Source: a bacterium (GTDB lineage Bacteria > Actinomycetota > Acidimicrobiia > Acidimicrobiales > CATQHL01). Taken from it: a stretch of 64,000 nt of DNA. The position numbers and the translations under genes were made by a program. Numbering within the stretch: position 1 is the stretch's first letter; each line of letters begins with the position of its first letter. Shown piece by piece: positions 19,126 through 30,360 of the stretch. Below the pieces are notes generated by a model. That model saw only the letters and a list, made by a program, of their open reading frames with translations. It had not been told where the DNA came from and did not search any database. Location of the stretch: NCBI GenBank assembly GCA_028824415.1, contig JAPPDX010000121.1, forward strand, positions 3,327-67,326. Reading direction: 5' to 3'.

Positions 19126-21234
19126 ATGCGTGGACCTGTACGAATCCGTGGCCGCTGGTTGGTGGCGCTGCTTGGGGTGATGTTGATCGCAGCCTCCTGC
19201 GCTGCCGACGACGGCGCAGGCGACGCGGCACAGGCTGCGAGCGCCGACGCCGCCGCTGCGCAGGCCGACGCCAGCGCAGCGATGTCAAGCGCCGACGCAG
19301 CCGGTGCAGAAGCCGCCGCAGCCGGTGCAGAAGCCGCCGCAGCCGGTGCAGAAGCCGCCGCAGCTGTAGCCGCGGCGCAGGCGGCAACCGCGGCGGCCGA
19401 AGCCGCGCAGGCCGACGCGGCCGCGGCGCAGGCCGAAGCGGCGCTTGCCCGGGCCACCGCCGAAGGCAACCAGGAAGCCGTTGAGGCAGCGGAGGCGGCG
19501 CTCGCAGAAGCGCAGGCTGCTGCGGAGGAGGCCCGTGAGCAGGCAGCGGCGGCCCAGGCGGAGGCTGCTGCAGCGCAGGCCGAAGCGGCAGCCGCACAGG
19601 AAGAGGCAGCAGCCGCGCAGGCCGAAGCGGCAGCCGCGCAGGAAGAGGCAGACGCGGCCCGCAGCGCCGCGGAGACCGCAGCCGCCGAAGCTGCAGAGGC
19701 CGAAGCAGCCGCAGCGGCGTCCGCTGAACCTGAAGAACGCGTCCTGGTGGTCGGCGTCCCGGGTGACATCGAGACGCTCGACACCTGCTGCGCCAACTTC
19801 ATCCGCGCCCACGAGGCTCTCGAGTTGGTGTACGAGCCACCCGTCCTGCACCGCACCGTGGAGCAGAACGGCGCGCTCATCGGCGCCGCGGGCGACCTCA
19901 TGCCCCGCTACTTCGAGTCCTGGGAGGCGCACGAGGACGGTCTCACGTACACCATCAAGGTGCGCCCGGGCGTCCTCTTCGACGACGGCACGGAGGTCAC
20001 CGCCGAGACGGTGCGCTTCATGACCGAGCGAAACCTCAACACCCCCGGCGGGGCCAACTGGCTGCTGCGGAACATCGCCTTCATCCAAGAGCCGCCGGAG
20101 GTGCTCGACAAATACACCCTCCGGTTCACCTCCAGCGAGGCCAGCCCGATGGTCATGGAGCACTTCTACATGACGTCCTCGGCGATCATCGACCCGAAGG
20201 TCATCCTGGAGAACGCCACCGAGGACGACCCGTGGGCCATGGAGTACTTCTCCCGCAACGTGGACAACGCCAGCGGTCCCTTCCGCCTCGTCAGCCGCGT
20301 TCCCGACCAGGAAGTCGTCTTCGAGGCGCGCGAGAACTACTCCTTCGAGCCGCAGGCCTACGACAAGATCATCTGGAAGATCATCCCGTCGAACGCCGAG
20401 CGCGTGCAGTTGCTGAAGGCAGGGGTCATCGACGTGGCCATCGCCCTGGGCACCGAGGACTTCGCCGCCCTCGAGGGCGCCGAAGGCGTGACCGTGCAGC
20501 GGTTCCCGTCCAAGAACCTGGCCTACATGGGCATGGGTAACCAGATCGCCCCGTTCGACGACAAGACCGTGCGCCAGGCCGTGTCCTACGCCGTGGACTA
20601 CGACGACATCCTGAACAACGTCTACAAGGGTGAGGCCCAGCGCCTCTACGGTCCCATCGCCCCCGGCTCGTACTCGAGCCTGGGCGACAGCATCGGCTAC
20701 CGGCGTGACGTTGCCAAGGCGCAGGAGTTGCTGGACGGAAGCTCCTACGACGGCTCCACGGTGGTGCTGTCGATCGACTCCGCCAAGGGCGAGCACGAGC
20801 TGATCGCCGTGCGCATCCAGGCGCACCTCGCCGAGATCGGCATGGACGTGGAGATCGAGAAGCTGCCCTCGCCGGTCTACGCCGAGCGCAAGGTCGGTGA
20901 GAACCGGATGCAGATGTTCATCGACGAGGGCCTGCCCTGGATCGACGATCCCAACTACACCCTGTCGGTGTTCCTGCTGTCGGGTGTGTTCGGCAACTAC
21001 ACCCAGTACGTGAACGAGCGGGTCGATCAGATCATCAGCGAGGGCTGGGGAATCCTGGACCGCGAGGAGCGCGCACGGACCTTCGAGGAGGCCCAGCGCA
21101 TCATCGTGGACGACGCCCCGTGGGTGTTCCTGGCACTGCCCGACTACAAGATCGCCATGCGCGACACGGTCGAGGGCTTCGTGCTTTACCCGAACGCCAT
21201 CCCACGCCTTGCCGGACTGCGACCGGCCGAGTAA
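19126..21234 (+). CDS. ABC transporter substrate-binding lipoprotein, family 5, paralogue with an even longer Ala/Glu/Gln-rich stalk
   Basis: ORF track, 702 aa. MRGPVRIRGRWLVALLGVMLIAASC lipobox, then about 175 residues of low-complexity (AGAEAAA)x3 and AQAEAAAAQEEAAA repeats. The SBP body is collinear with the upstream paralogue. GGGGGAG SD upstream. Confidence 0.85.
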   Translation: MRGPVRIRGRWLVALLGVMLIAASCAADDGAGDAAQAASADAAAAQADASAAMSSADAAGAEAAAAGAEAAAAGAEAAAAVAAAQAATAAAEAAQADAAAAQAEAALARATAEGNQEAVEAAEAALAEAQAAAEEAREQAAAAQAEAAAAQAEAAAAQEEAAAAQAEAAAAQEEADAARSAAETAAAEAAEAEAAAAASAEPEERVLVVGVPGDIETLDTCCANFIRAHEALELVYEPPVLHRTVEQNGALIGAAGDLMPRYFESWEAHEDGLTYTIKVRPGVLFDDGTEVTAETVRFMTERNLNTPGGANWLLRNIAFIQEPPEVLDKYTLRFTSSEASPMVMEHFYMTSSAIIDPKVILENATEDDPWAMEYFSRNVDNASGPFRLVSRVPDQEVVFEARENYSFEPQAYDKIIWKIIPSNAERVQLLKAGVIDVAIALGTEDFAALEGAEGVTVQRFPSKNLAYMGMGNQIAPFDDKTVRQAVSYAVDYDDILNNVYKGEAQRLYGPIAPGSYSSLGDSIGYRRDVAKAQELLDGSSYDGSTVVLSIDSAKGEHELIAVRIQAHLAEIGMDVEIEKLPSPVYAERKVGENRMQMFIDEGLPWIDDPNYTLSVFLLSGVFGNYTQYVNERVDQIISEGWGILDREERARTFEEAQRIIVDDAPWVFLALPDYKIAMRDTVEGFVLYPNAIPRLAGLRPAE
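19300..19362 (+). repeat. Perfect 21-bp tandem repeat x3 inside the SBP stalk coding region
   Basis: GCCGGTGCAGAAGCCGCCGCA repeated three times head to tail. It encodes AGAEAAA x3. Confidence 0.95.
19573..19656 (+). repeat. 42-bp tandem repeat x2 inside the SBP stalk coding region
   Basis: GCGCAGGCCGAAGCGGCAGCCGCACAGGAAGAGGCAGCAGCC followed by a near-identical copy. It encodes AQAEAAAAQEEAAA. Confidence 0.9.
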
Positions 21235-21286
21235 GCCAGTAGCCGGAGGCGGGCAGGCGCCCGCTCCCCGGCGGTACAAGTGAAGC

Positions 21287-21337
21287 GGCGCCCCGCCTGA
21301 TCCCCCGAGGACTTGGGCGGGGCGCCGCCGCGTTTTG
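21287..21337 (+). terminator. Rho-independent terminator
   Basis: GGCGCCCCGCC ... GGCGGGGCGCC stem followed by GCCGCGTTTTGG. It uses the same GGCGCCCCGCC stem core as the terminator at 18949. Confidence 0.55.
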
Positions 21338-21352
21338 GTGGTCTCCCGGGCA

Positions 21353-21459
21353 GGGGTGGCGGCGTGCCGTCTGCTCCTTCGATTCGAACGCCGAGGGGAC
21401 TCGGCGTTCTCAGAGGCGTCGCAGATCGGCCCCCGCCATCCCTGCCCTCGCGGGTTGCC
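21353..21459 (-). repeat. Intergenic repeat family A, copy A4 (inverted relative to A1-A3)
   Basis: The reverse complement reads CAACCCGCGAGGGCAGGGATGGCGGGGGCCGATCTGCGACGCC ... GAACGCCGAG-TCCC-CTCGGCGTTC ... CGAAGGAGCAGACGGCACGCCGCCACCCC. This is collinear with A1/A2 but has different, still complementary, outer arms. Confidence 0.7.
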
Positions 21460-21482
21460 CGGCCGGGACCGAAGAGCGCCGA

Positions 21483-21872
21483 TCAGCGGCGGCGCAGGAT
21501 GCGGCGGCGGGGGGGTTTGACCGGGGCGGGGGCTGACTTGGGGGCCTGGGCGGTGGCCAGAGCCTCGGCTGGGCTGAACGGTGGGGCGCTGGAGGACTCG
21601 ACCGGCTGGGGGAGTTGGGAGACGACGCCGGTCACGCCGGGGACGCGCTGGAGCAGCACGGCCTCGATGCCGGCGGTGAGGGTGACCATCGACAGCGGGC
21701 AGGTGCGGCAGGCGCCGATCATCTCGATCTCCACGACGCCGTCATCCCTCACACCCAGCAGCGTGAGGTCGCCGCCGTCGGACTGCAGGGCCGGGCGCAC
21801 GAAGTCCAGGGCCTCCTTCAGGAGGTCCATGTCGATGGGACCTGGGGGAGAGGCGGCGGGTCCGGGTTCCAC
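21483..21872 (-). CDS. NifU C-terminal-domain (Nfu-type) Fe-S cluster carrier with a Pro/Ala-rich, Arg-terminated tail
   Basis: ORF track, 129 aa. FVRPALQSDGGDLTLLGV...IGACRTCPLSMVTLTAGIE carries the CxxC Nfu motif. The start may be the internal MDLLKEAL. Confidence 0.75.
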   Translation of the reverse strand: MEPGPAASPPGPIDMDLLKEALDFVRPALQSDGGDLTLLGVRDDGVVEIEMIGACRTCPLSMVTLTAGIEAVLLQRVPGVTGVVSQLPQPVESSSAPPFSPAEALATAQAPKSAPAPVKPPRRRILRRR

Positions 21873-21987
21873 AGCTACCAGTCTGCTGCGATATTCGCCG
21901 CAGCCGCCGATCCAGCCGATTGACGGTGGGTCCCGGCCTGAGCCGGAGTGACGGGAGAGTCGGCGTTCGGCATCACGCCACGAACCC

Positions 21988-23034
21988 CTAGAACACCTCG
22001 ATCCAGGTGCCTGCGCCGGCTTCCAGCGCCAGGTCGTAGACCAGCGCCGCGCAGGCCGCGTCGAGTGCGGGCATGCCCATGTGGGTCATTATCGTGCGCT
22101 CGCCGGGATGTTCGCGCCCCAGGCGTCGTCCTTGCAGGACCTCCGTGGCGATGTCGGCGTGAATGTCGTCGCGGGAGAGCTGGCCGTGCTGCAGCCCGCC
22201 GATGCGGCCCACCTCCTCCCCGGTGATCCACTCAAGGTCTCGGCCATACCAGCCGACCACCCACTTGTCGAAGGCCCGGGCGCAGGCCGGATCCACGTCG
22301 CGGAACCCGGTGGCGGCGCAGACGTGGGTGCCGGGGGAGATCCAGGACTCCATGAGCACCGGCCGCAGTGCCGTGGTCACGACGCAGACGATGTCGGCGC
22401 CGGCGACGGCCTCCTCCACGCTTGCGGCAATGCCGGCCTCGACACCGAGTTGCTCCGCGGCCTCAGCCGCGAAGCGCGCCGCGGCCACCTCGTCGATGTC
22501 GAACGCCACCACGTGTGTGAGGTCGAAGAGTTCCGCCAGCAGCCACAGGTGGGTGCGCCCCTCGTTGCCGCAGCCGATGATCGCCAGACGGCTGCTGTCG
22601 GATCGGGCCAGGAACTTCGCCCCCACCGCAGCGTGGCCGCCGGTGCGCATGTTGGTTACCGAGGTGCCGTCCACCAGTGCCAGTGGCATGCCCGTGTCGG
22701 TGTCGGTCACGAGGTCCAGTGCGGAGATGGCCGGCAGGTCGCGCCTGGGGTTCTTGGACCAGCTGCTCAGCCACTTCAGCGCCGCCCGCTCGAGGGGGCG
22801 GATGTGCGCCGGAAAGGCCTGCACCACGCCGTAGCCGAAGGGGGGCTCGGGCCCGGGGGCGGTGCGGTCGTGCACCCACAGGTTCACCGGGTTGGTCTGG
22901 TCGACCTGCCCCGCACCCACCCAGGCGAACGTGTCGAGGACGCGCTGCAGGGTCGCCGCCGGCGTGAGCAACTCCTCGACCTCCCGACGGGAGACGACCA
23001 GGATCTCTCCGGGGGCTCGCTGGGGGCCGGTCAC
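21988..23034 (-). CDS. Ornithine cyclodeaminase / mu-crystallin family protein
   Basis: ORF track, 348 aa, GTG start. VTNMRTGGHAAVGAKFLA and Rossmann motif LAIIGCGNEGRTHL. Confidence 0.8.
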   Translation of the reverse strand: MTGPQRAPGEILVVSRREVEELLTPAATLQRVLDTFAWVGAGQVDQTNPVNLWVHDRTAPGPEPPFGYGVVQAFPAHIRPLERAALKWLSSWSKNPRRDLPAISALDLVTDTDTGMPLALVDGTSVTNMRTGGHAAVGAKFLARSDSSRLAIIGCGNEGRTHLWLLAELFDLTHVVAFDIDEVAAARFAAEAAEQLGVEAGIAASVEEAVAGADIVCVVTTALRPVLMESWISPGTHVCAATGFRDVDPACARAFDKWVVGWYGRDLEWITGEEVGRIGGLQHGQLSRDDIHADIATEVLQGRRLGREHPGERTIMTHMGMPALDAACAALVYDLALEAGAGTWIEVF

Positions 23035-23057
23035 AGAACCACCTCGCGTCCCTCGGT

Positions 23058-23109
23058 ACTGGATTCCGGCCCCGGATCGAGCCCGGGGCAGGCTCTACGC
23101 CGGAATGAC
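23058..23109. repeat. Nested-palindrome intergenic repeat family P, copy P1
   Basis: CTGGATTCCGGCCCCGGATCGAGCCCGGGGCAGGCTCTACGCCGGAATGACG. The outer stem is ATTCCGG/CCGGAAT and the inner stem is GCCCCGG/CCGGGGC. There is a second copy at 33086. Confidence 0.85.
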
Positions 23110-23134
23110 GGGACATGGACCCGGCCCGGAGCGG

Positions 23135-24079
23135 TCACAGTTCGGCTTCCATCTCCATGAGTGCACCGGCTGCGGCGTTCACCCGCTCGGCGGCGAAGGG
23201 CGGCAGCGGCCCGTAGGGCTTGCGCGGCAGCCCCGGTCGGGCCCCGCCGAGCTCGGAAATGGCCTTCAGGTAGGCGTACTCGTAGCTCAGCATCAGCGGC
23301 ATGTCAGGCTGGCGGATCGAGGCCGAGAGATGCTGCAGGGACTCGTAGGCGCGCCGCACCCACGGGTCGGCGTAATTGCCCTTGCGGCACTCGTCGATGA
23401 ACCGGGTCGCAGTGCGCATGCCGGCCCAGCAGAAGATGCCGGTGGCGCCGACCGCTCCCAGTCGCGAGCCGTGGAAGAAGGCCGGATCGTTACCGGTGAA
23501 CACGTTGACCCGCTCGCCGATGGTCAGCAGCACATGGTCGAAATGCGGCAGCGCCATGTTGGATTCCTTGATGGCCTTGATGTTGGGCACCTCGAGGAGC
23601 CGCTCCCACATCTTCACCGAGATGTTCACCGCGTTCAGCGGCGAGTAGTTGTAGAGCATCAGCGCCATGTCCCCGTCCAGCGACTCGGCCACCGCCGTGA
23701 AGAAGTCGGCGGCCCACTCGGGGGTGAGCGGCAGGGCGTAGGGGGCGGCCAACATCGACCCGTCGGCACCGGCGGCCTCGGCGTAGCGCGCCCGGCGGAT
23801 GGCCTCCTGCTGGTAGGTGGCGGTCGACCCCACCACGACGGCGATGCCGGCCTCCCCTCCGGCCGCCACGGCCGTCTCGCACACGGCGTCGAACTCTCCG
23901 GGCGACACGTTGGTCATCTGGCCCATCGAGCCGAACACGATGCAGCCCGGCGCCCCCGAGGCGCCCACGAGCCCGATGCTGTGGCGTACGCCCTCTAGGT
24001 CGATCTGCTCGTCGGCGTCGAGGCTGAGGGGGATCAGCGGCAGCAGCCCCTCGAGCGGTTTGCGGATGAATTCAGGCAT
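23135..24079 (-). CDS. Dihydrodipicolinate synthase / N-acetylneuraminate lyase family aldolase-type enzyme
   Basis: ORF track, 314 aa. GSMGQMTNVSPGEF, VVVGSTATYQQEAIRRARYAEAAGADGSMLAAPY and the Schiff-base Lys context NIKAIKES. Confidence 0.8.
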   Translation of the reverse strand: MPEFIRKPLEGLLPLIPLSLDADEQIDLEGVRHSIGLVGASGAPGCIVFGSMGQMTNVSPGEFDAVCETAVAAGGEAGIAVVVGSTATYQQEAIRRARYAEAAGADGSMLAAPYALPLTPEWAADFFTAVAESLDGDMALMLYNYSPLNAVNISVKMWERLLEVPNIKAIKESNMALPHFDHVLLTIGERVNVFTGNDPAFFHGSRLGAVGATGIFCWAGMRTATRFIDECRKGNYADPWVRRAYESLQHLSASIRQPDMPLMLSYEYAYLKAISELGGARPGLPRKPYGPLPPFAAERVNAAAGALMEMEAEL

Positions 24080-25184
24080 CTCGCCCCTCCGATGTCAGGC
24101 GCCGGTAGACGTCGCGCAACTCGTCGCGCCGGCGGGTGAGGTCGTCGAACTCCACGGCTTCGCAGCGGTAGCCGAGATTCTCCATGGCGGCACGGGACTC
24201 GGCGGTGTACACCACAGTCCCATCCTCTTCGATGCGCTCGATGCCGTCGAAACGGGCCGCCCGGTCGTTGATGGCCACCGCCTCCGCCTCGTCGAGGCCG
24301 GGCGGCAGGCGCAACTCCACCGTGCCGGACGCGATCACCGCCGGGTAGCCGCCCGGCAGTCCCATCGGCGCGGACACGTGCGTTGCCAGCGGCTCGGTCC
24401 CCAGCAGCGCAAGCGCGTTCTTCACCGCGGAGCCGGCGTAGAGCGAGTTCGGCACGTCGCCGTGCCAGTTGACCACCTCGGGCCAAGTGGAAAGCGCCGC
24501 GGTGAGGTCCACCTGCTCGGTGGCGTCGGCGCCGTCGATGCTGAGCCGGAAGTGGTGCGGCACCACCGTTCCGCGGGTCAACAACGCATGCGAGCCGACC
24601 AGTGACACCTCGATGTCCGCCGCCGGGCGGCCGGTGGTGGCCATCACATACCGGAGCACGCGTGCGGCGCAGACCTCCAGGTTGCCGGCGCCCGTGGAGG
24701 GGCCGTGGCCGAACCGCTTCCAGATCGCCACGTTGACGACGTCGGGGAAGGAGGCGTTCACCACGTGTGTGTCGATGCCGGCCAATTCGATGGCCCGTAT
24801 CAACTGGGTGGCAGGCCAGAGGTGCCACGGCAGCCACATGCCGAAGGTGGCCGCCCTGACCTCGGCGCGAACGCCCGGATCGAGGGGCACGCCGCTGAGT
24901 TTCCGGGGTGACTGCGCCGTGGCCGAATGGACGATGGCGTCCGGGCGCACCTCGGCCAGCAACCGGGCCATCGCACTCTCATCTGCGAGGTCGACCTGGT
25001 GGTGCTCGAACCGCTTGGTGTGTCCCTCGATGGCGGAGCCCAGCATGGCGATCGTGGTCCACGATGGCCCGCTCCACGGGCTGCGCTTGACGGTCACGAC
25101 GCGGTCCACGCCGGGCGCCCGCGCCAGGAACTCCAATGCCCAACCGCCGAGGGCGCCAACGCCGGACACCAGCACCGTGCTCAT
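24072..25184 (-). CDS. NAD(P)-binding saccharopine-dehydrogenase-like oxidoreductase
   Basis: Within ORF 24072..25265, ATG 25184 gives MSTVLVSGVGALGGWALEFLA (Rossmann GxGxxG). The stop overlaps the DHDPS-like start by 8 nt. The function is only a family-level guess. Confidence 0.55.
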   Translation of the reverse strand: MSTVLVSGVGALGGWALEFLARAPGVDRVVTVKRSPWSGPSWTTIAMLGSAIEGHTKRFEHHQVDLADESAMARLLAEVRPDAIVHSATAQSPRKLSGVPLDPGVRAEVRAATFGMWLPWHLWPATQLIRAIELAGIDTHVVNASFPDVVNVAIWKRFGHGPSTGAGNLEVCAARVLRYVMATTGRPAADIEVSLVGSHALLTRGTVVPHHFRLSIDGADATEQVDLTAALSTWPEVVNWHGDVPNSLYAGSAVKNALALLGTEPLATHVSAPMGLPGGYPAVIASGTVELRLPPGLDEAEAVAINDRAARFDGIERIEEDGTVVYTAESRAAMENLGYRCEAVEFDDLTRRRDELRDVYRRLTSEGRDA

Positions 25185-25420
25185 AAGCGGACCGTCGTCG
25201 ACTGCGGCGATTCGAGTGTCTGCACGAGCGATGTTCTTACCACGCCCGACGCAGAATGGGGACATGCGGCGGGCACGCCGTCCTGTCCCGAGGGCTCCTC
25301 GGATCCAACCGGCCGGTCTTGGGAGCCCAATCGACGACCAACCGGCCGAGCTTCCTAGACTGAGCCGTCGCTGTGCCAGAAACCGGAGCCCGCAGGGCGC
25401 CGGAGAGGAGAACCATCACC

Positions 25421-25840
25421 ATGAACGCCGCAGCCGCGTCCGACCAGCCGCTGAGCGACAAGGCCATCACCCGCGCCAAGGCCAAGACCTTCGCGGTGCT
25501 CTCGACGCTGCTGCCGGACGGGCAACCGCAGAACCACGTCATGTGGGTCGACACCGACGGCACCAACCTGATCATGAACACCGAGGTGCACCGCCGCAAG
25601 TACCGCAACATCGCCGCGGATCCCCGGGTCACCGTCCTGCTGCCCGACAACGAGAACCCGTACATCTTCAGCGAGGTGCGGGGGCGGGTGACCTCCGAGA
25701 TCCGGGGTCCACAGGCCCGGGAGAACATCGAGGAGTTGGCGATGAAGTACATGGGCACCGCCTATCCCGCGCCGATCCAGTCCGAGCGGGTCATCCTGAT
25801 CATCACCCCCGAACGCGTCTACGACCACGAGCGGCCCTGA
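25421..25840 (+). CDS. Pyridoxamine 5'-phosphate oxidase-fold protein (PPOX class, probably F420-dependent)
   Basis: In-frame ATG 25421 is preceded by GGAGAGGAG. FAVLSTLLPDGQPQNHVMWVDTDG..IMNTEVHRRKYRNIAADPRVTVLL is typical of the split-barrel PPOX class. Confidence 0.7.
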   Translation: MNAAAASDQPLSDKAITRAKAKTFAVLSTLLPDGQPQNHVMWVDTDGTNLIMNTEVHRRKYRNIAADPRVTVLLPDNENPYIFSEVRGRVTSEIRGPQARENIEELAMKYMGTAYPAPIQSERVILIITPERVYDHERP

Positions 25841-25923
25841 GCGGCCCGAGTATCCGCCGGGGGAGGCTCCCGCTCGGGCCCGCCTCCGCTCCGGCCACGA
25901 TTGTCCAGCGAGGAGAACACACC

Positions 25924-26652
25924 ATGCAGGTATCACTTGTGACCGGTGCCGCCAGCGGGATCGGGGCGGCCACCGCCCGGCGACTTGCGGCACGCGGCGA
26001 CGCCGTCGTCTGCGCCGACCTCGACGGTGACGGCGCAGCGGCCACAGCGGCCGAACTCGCCCACGCGCTGCCCTACACGCTCGACGTGACCGACGAAGCC
26101 GCCACCAACGCCATGGTGACCGCCACCCTGGAGCGATTCGGCGACCTGCACCACGTGGTGGCGTGCGCCGGCATGGAACTGCACGGACACAGCCTCGACT
26201 TCAGTGTGGAGGACTTCCGCCGGACCGTGGACGTCAACCTCACCGGCTGCTTCCTCACCGCCCAGCAGGCAGCCCGAGCAATGGTCGAGGCGGGCCACGG
26301 CGGCTCGATCGTGCTGATCGGCTCGATCAACTCGAAGATCGCCCTGCCCAGCTTCGCCGCCTACGTGAGCTCCAAGGGCGGCGTGCTGATGCTCGGCAAG
26401 GGCCTGGCTCTGGACTTCGCGGAACACGACATCAGAGTCAACGTGATCGGCCCGGGCGTGGTCAACACGCCCATGAGCGCCAACAGCATCGCCGACCCGG
26501 TGCGGGGCGGATGGCTGATGTCCAAGACGCCGCTCGGGCGCCCCGGCCAACCCTCCGAGATCGCCGAGGTGGCCGCCTTCCTAACCTCCGATGCCGCCTC
26601 GTTCATGACCGGTGCCTACGTCCCGGCTGACGGAGGCTGGCTGGCCGGCTAG
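25924..26652 (+). CDS. Short-chain dehydrogenase/reductase
   Basis: ATG 25924 lies inside the long spurious ORF 24469..26652. MQVSLVTGAASGIGAATARRLA (TGxxxGxG), the NSKIA..YVSSKGG catalytic YxxxK, and GPGVVNTPM. Confidence 0.85.
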   Translation: MQVSLVTGAASGIGAATARRLAARGDAVVCADLDGDGAAATAAELAHALPYTLDVTDEAATNAMVTATLERFGDLHHVVACAGMELHGHSLDFSVEDFRRTVDVNLTGCFLTAQQAARAMVEAGHGGSIVLIGSINSKIALPSFAAYVSSKGGVLMLGKGLALDFAEHDIRVNVIGPGVVNTPMSANSIADPVRGGWLMSKTPLGRPGQPSEIAEVAAFLTSDAASFMTGAYVPADGGWLAG

Positions 26653-26712
26653 GCGAGACCAACCCGCCGGCCACACCGCGCCGGGACGAGCCCGGCAGGT
26701 CCGTCGCCGGAT

Positions 26713-29404
<2,692 letters not shown>

Positions 29405-29476
29405 CTCTGCCGGTCCTCAATCAATCGACGTCGCCGGCCACTCGGCGTGGATGGCACGACACCACTATAACCAATA

Positions 29477-29523
29477 TTCTGGACTAGATCCAAAGAAAGA
29501 TACTATCTATTTCTTAGTGAGAA
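29477..29523. promoter_or_regulatory. AT-rich palindromic candidate operator/promoter upstream of furA
   Basis: TTCTGGA-CTAGA-TCCAAAGAA (29477-29497), the perfect palindrome AGATA-C-TATCT (29498-29508), and TTCT-TAGTG-AGAA (29511-29523). These lie 75-120 nt upstream of the furA start in an unusually AT-rich stretch. Confidence 0.3.
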
Positions 29524-29584
29524 CCGCGAGATGCCTCCTGCGCGGTCGAGACACGCGCACTAGGTTCACTGCCTGTGCCGAAAG

Positions 29585-30060
29585 GTGCGGATCGTGGCCC
29601 GCAGACTTGAGGCCGGCCGCATCGAGTTCGGGCTCCAGCAACGCCGCATTGACAACACCTGGGGCGACCGCCAACTCCCCCGCGTTCACCTCTTCCCCAC
29701 CACCGCCGCCGTCGACCGCTGGCTCGCCAGCTCGCCACTGACGCTGACGGTCCCCCGATCGGACACGATTCTGACCGCCATCGCCGCGGCGACGAATCGT
29801 CGTGCGGGCTTCGTCGCGATGGCACCGTCGAATGCTGGGCGCTCTGAACTTTCGCACCGCAGCACCGTTGGCCCCGCCGTCAACCGGTTGCGCCGTGGCG
29901 CTCGAGCACCCGCGGCCAAAGCACCGAACCACCATCTCGCTGGGGCTGATCTTCGAGGAGCGATACGCGGGTGCCACTCCGGTGTCCTCAGATGGCGGCC
30001 GCGGCCTCCGATCCTCGTGGTGCGTCGCCGGGCGCCTCGGCGGGGATGCCGAGGTGACCC
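29585..30060 (+). pseudogene. Probable decayed, multiply frameshifted gene for an RCC1-like (beta-propeller repeat) protein
   Basis: Frame 1 gives VRIVARRLEAGRIEFGLQQRRIDNTWGDRQLPRVHLFP...TILTAIAAA. A second frame gives SSCGLRRDGTVECWAL* and APWRSSTRGQSTEPPSRWG*. Frame 1 further on gives AIRGCHSGVLR. Together these look like pieces of the repeat AGxxHSCGLxxDGTxxCWGxNxxGQ spread over three frames. Confidence 0.3.
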
Positions 30061-30065
30061 TCGAT

Positions 30066-30260
30066 TCAGCCGAGTTGGCGCGCCTGAGCAACCAGCATGC
30101 CCAGCACCTCGCGACGGTCGGTCTCCCGCACCTCTTCGAGACGATCCAGGCGGATGTCGAGACGATCCATGCGCCGGTCCAGTGACCGCCACAGCAGCCC
30201 CAGCACGCCGAGCCCGACGGCAGCGAGGCCGATCATGACCGTGAGAATCGTCACCTCCAT
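30066..30260 (-). CDS. Small single-pass membrane protein (64 aa), hypothetical
   Basis: ORF track: MEVTILTVMIGLAAVGLGVLGLLW, then charged RSLDRRMDRLDIRLDRLEEVRETDRRE. There is an AT-rich region upstream. It overlaps the tail of the putative pseudogene on the other strand, so only one of the two can be real. Confidence 0.35.
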   Translation of the reverse strand: MEVTILTVMIGLAAVGLGVLGLLWRSLDRRMDRLDIRLDRLEEVRETDRREVLGMLVAQARQLG

Positions 30261-30308
30261 ATCTCTCTGCCAACCCTACCGCGATCTCGCTGGACGCCCA
30301 TTGCCTAC

Positions 30309-30360
30309 TTCAATAGTATATTACCGTGAGTTTCAATATCTATCAATCAGCGTTTCAAAT
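30309..30360. promoter_or_regulatory. Three direct TTCAA(T/A) repeats spaced 22-23 nt apart in an AT-rich spacer
   Basis: TTCAATA at 30309, TTCAATA at 30332 and TTCAAAT at 30354, between the ADH-like stop (30401) and the small ORF start (30260). Confidence 0.25.

Noticed and set aside
19300-19656. Tandem repeats considered as a CRISPR-like or non-coding VNTR array
   Set aside because: The repeats are directly adjacent with no spacers and are multiples of 3 (21 and 42 bp). They lie in frame inside the SBP stalk coding region. No cas genes are present in the window.
16303-21279. 903-aa and 664-aa minus-strand ORFs (16303..19014, 19285..21279)
   Set aside because: They are antisense shadows of the two SBP genes. 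Their sequences are repetitive G/R/V/L-rich and lack motifs, whereas the plus-strand frames have lipoboxes and family-5 SBP bodies.
26680-26696. Short hairpin GCCGGG-ACGAG-CCCGGC between the convergent SDR and katG genes as a bidirectional terminator
   Set aside because: It has only a 6-bp stem and no T/A tracts, so it is too weak to call from sequence alone.
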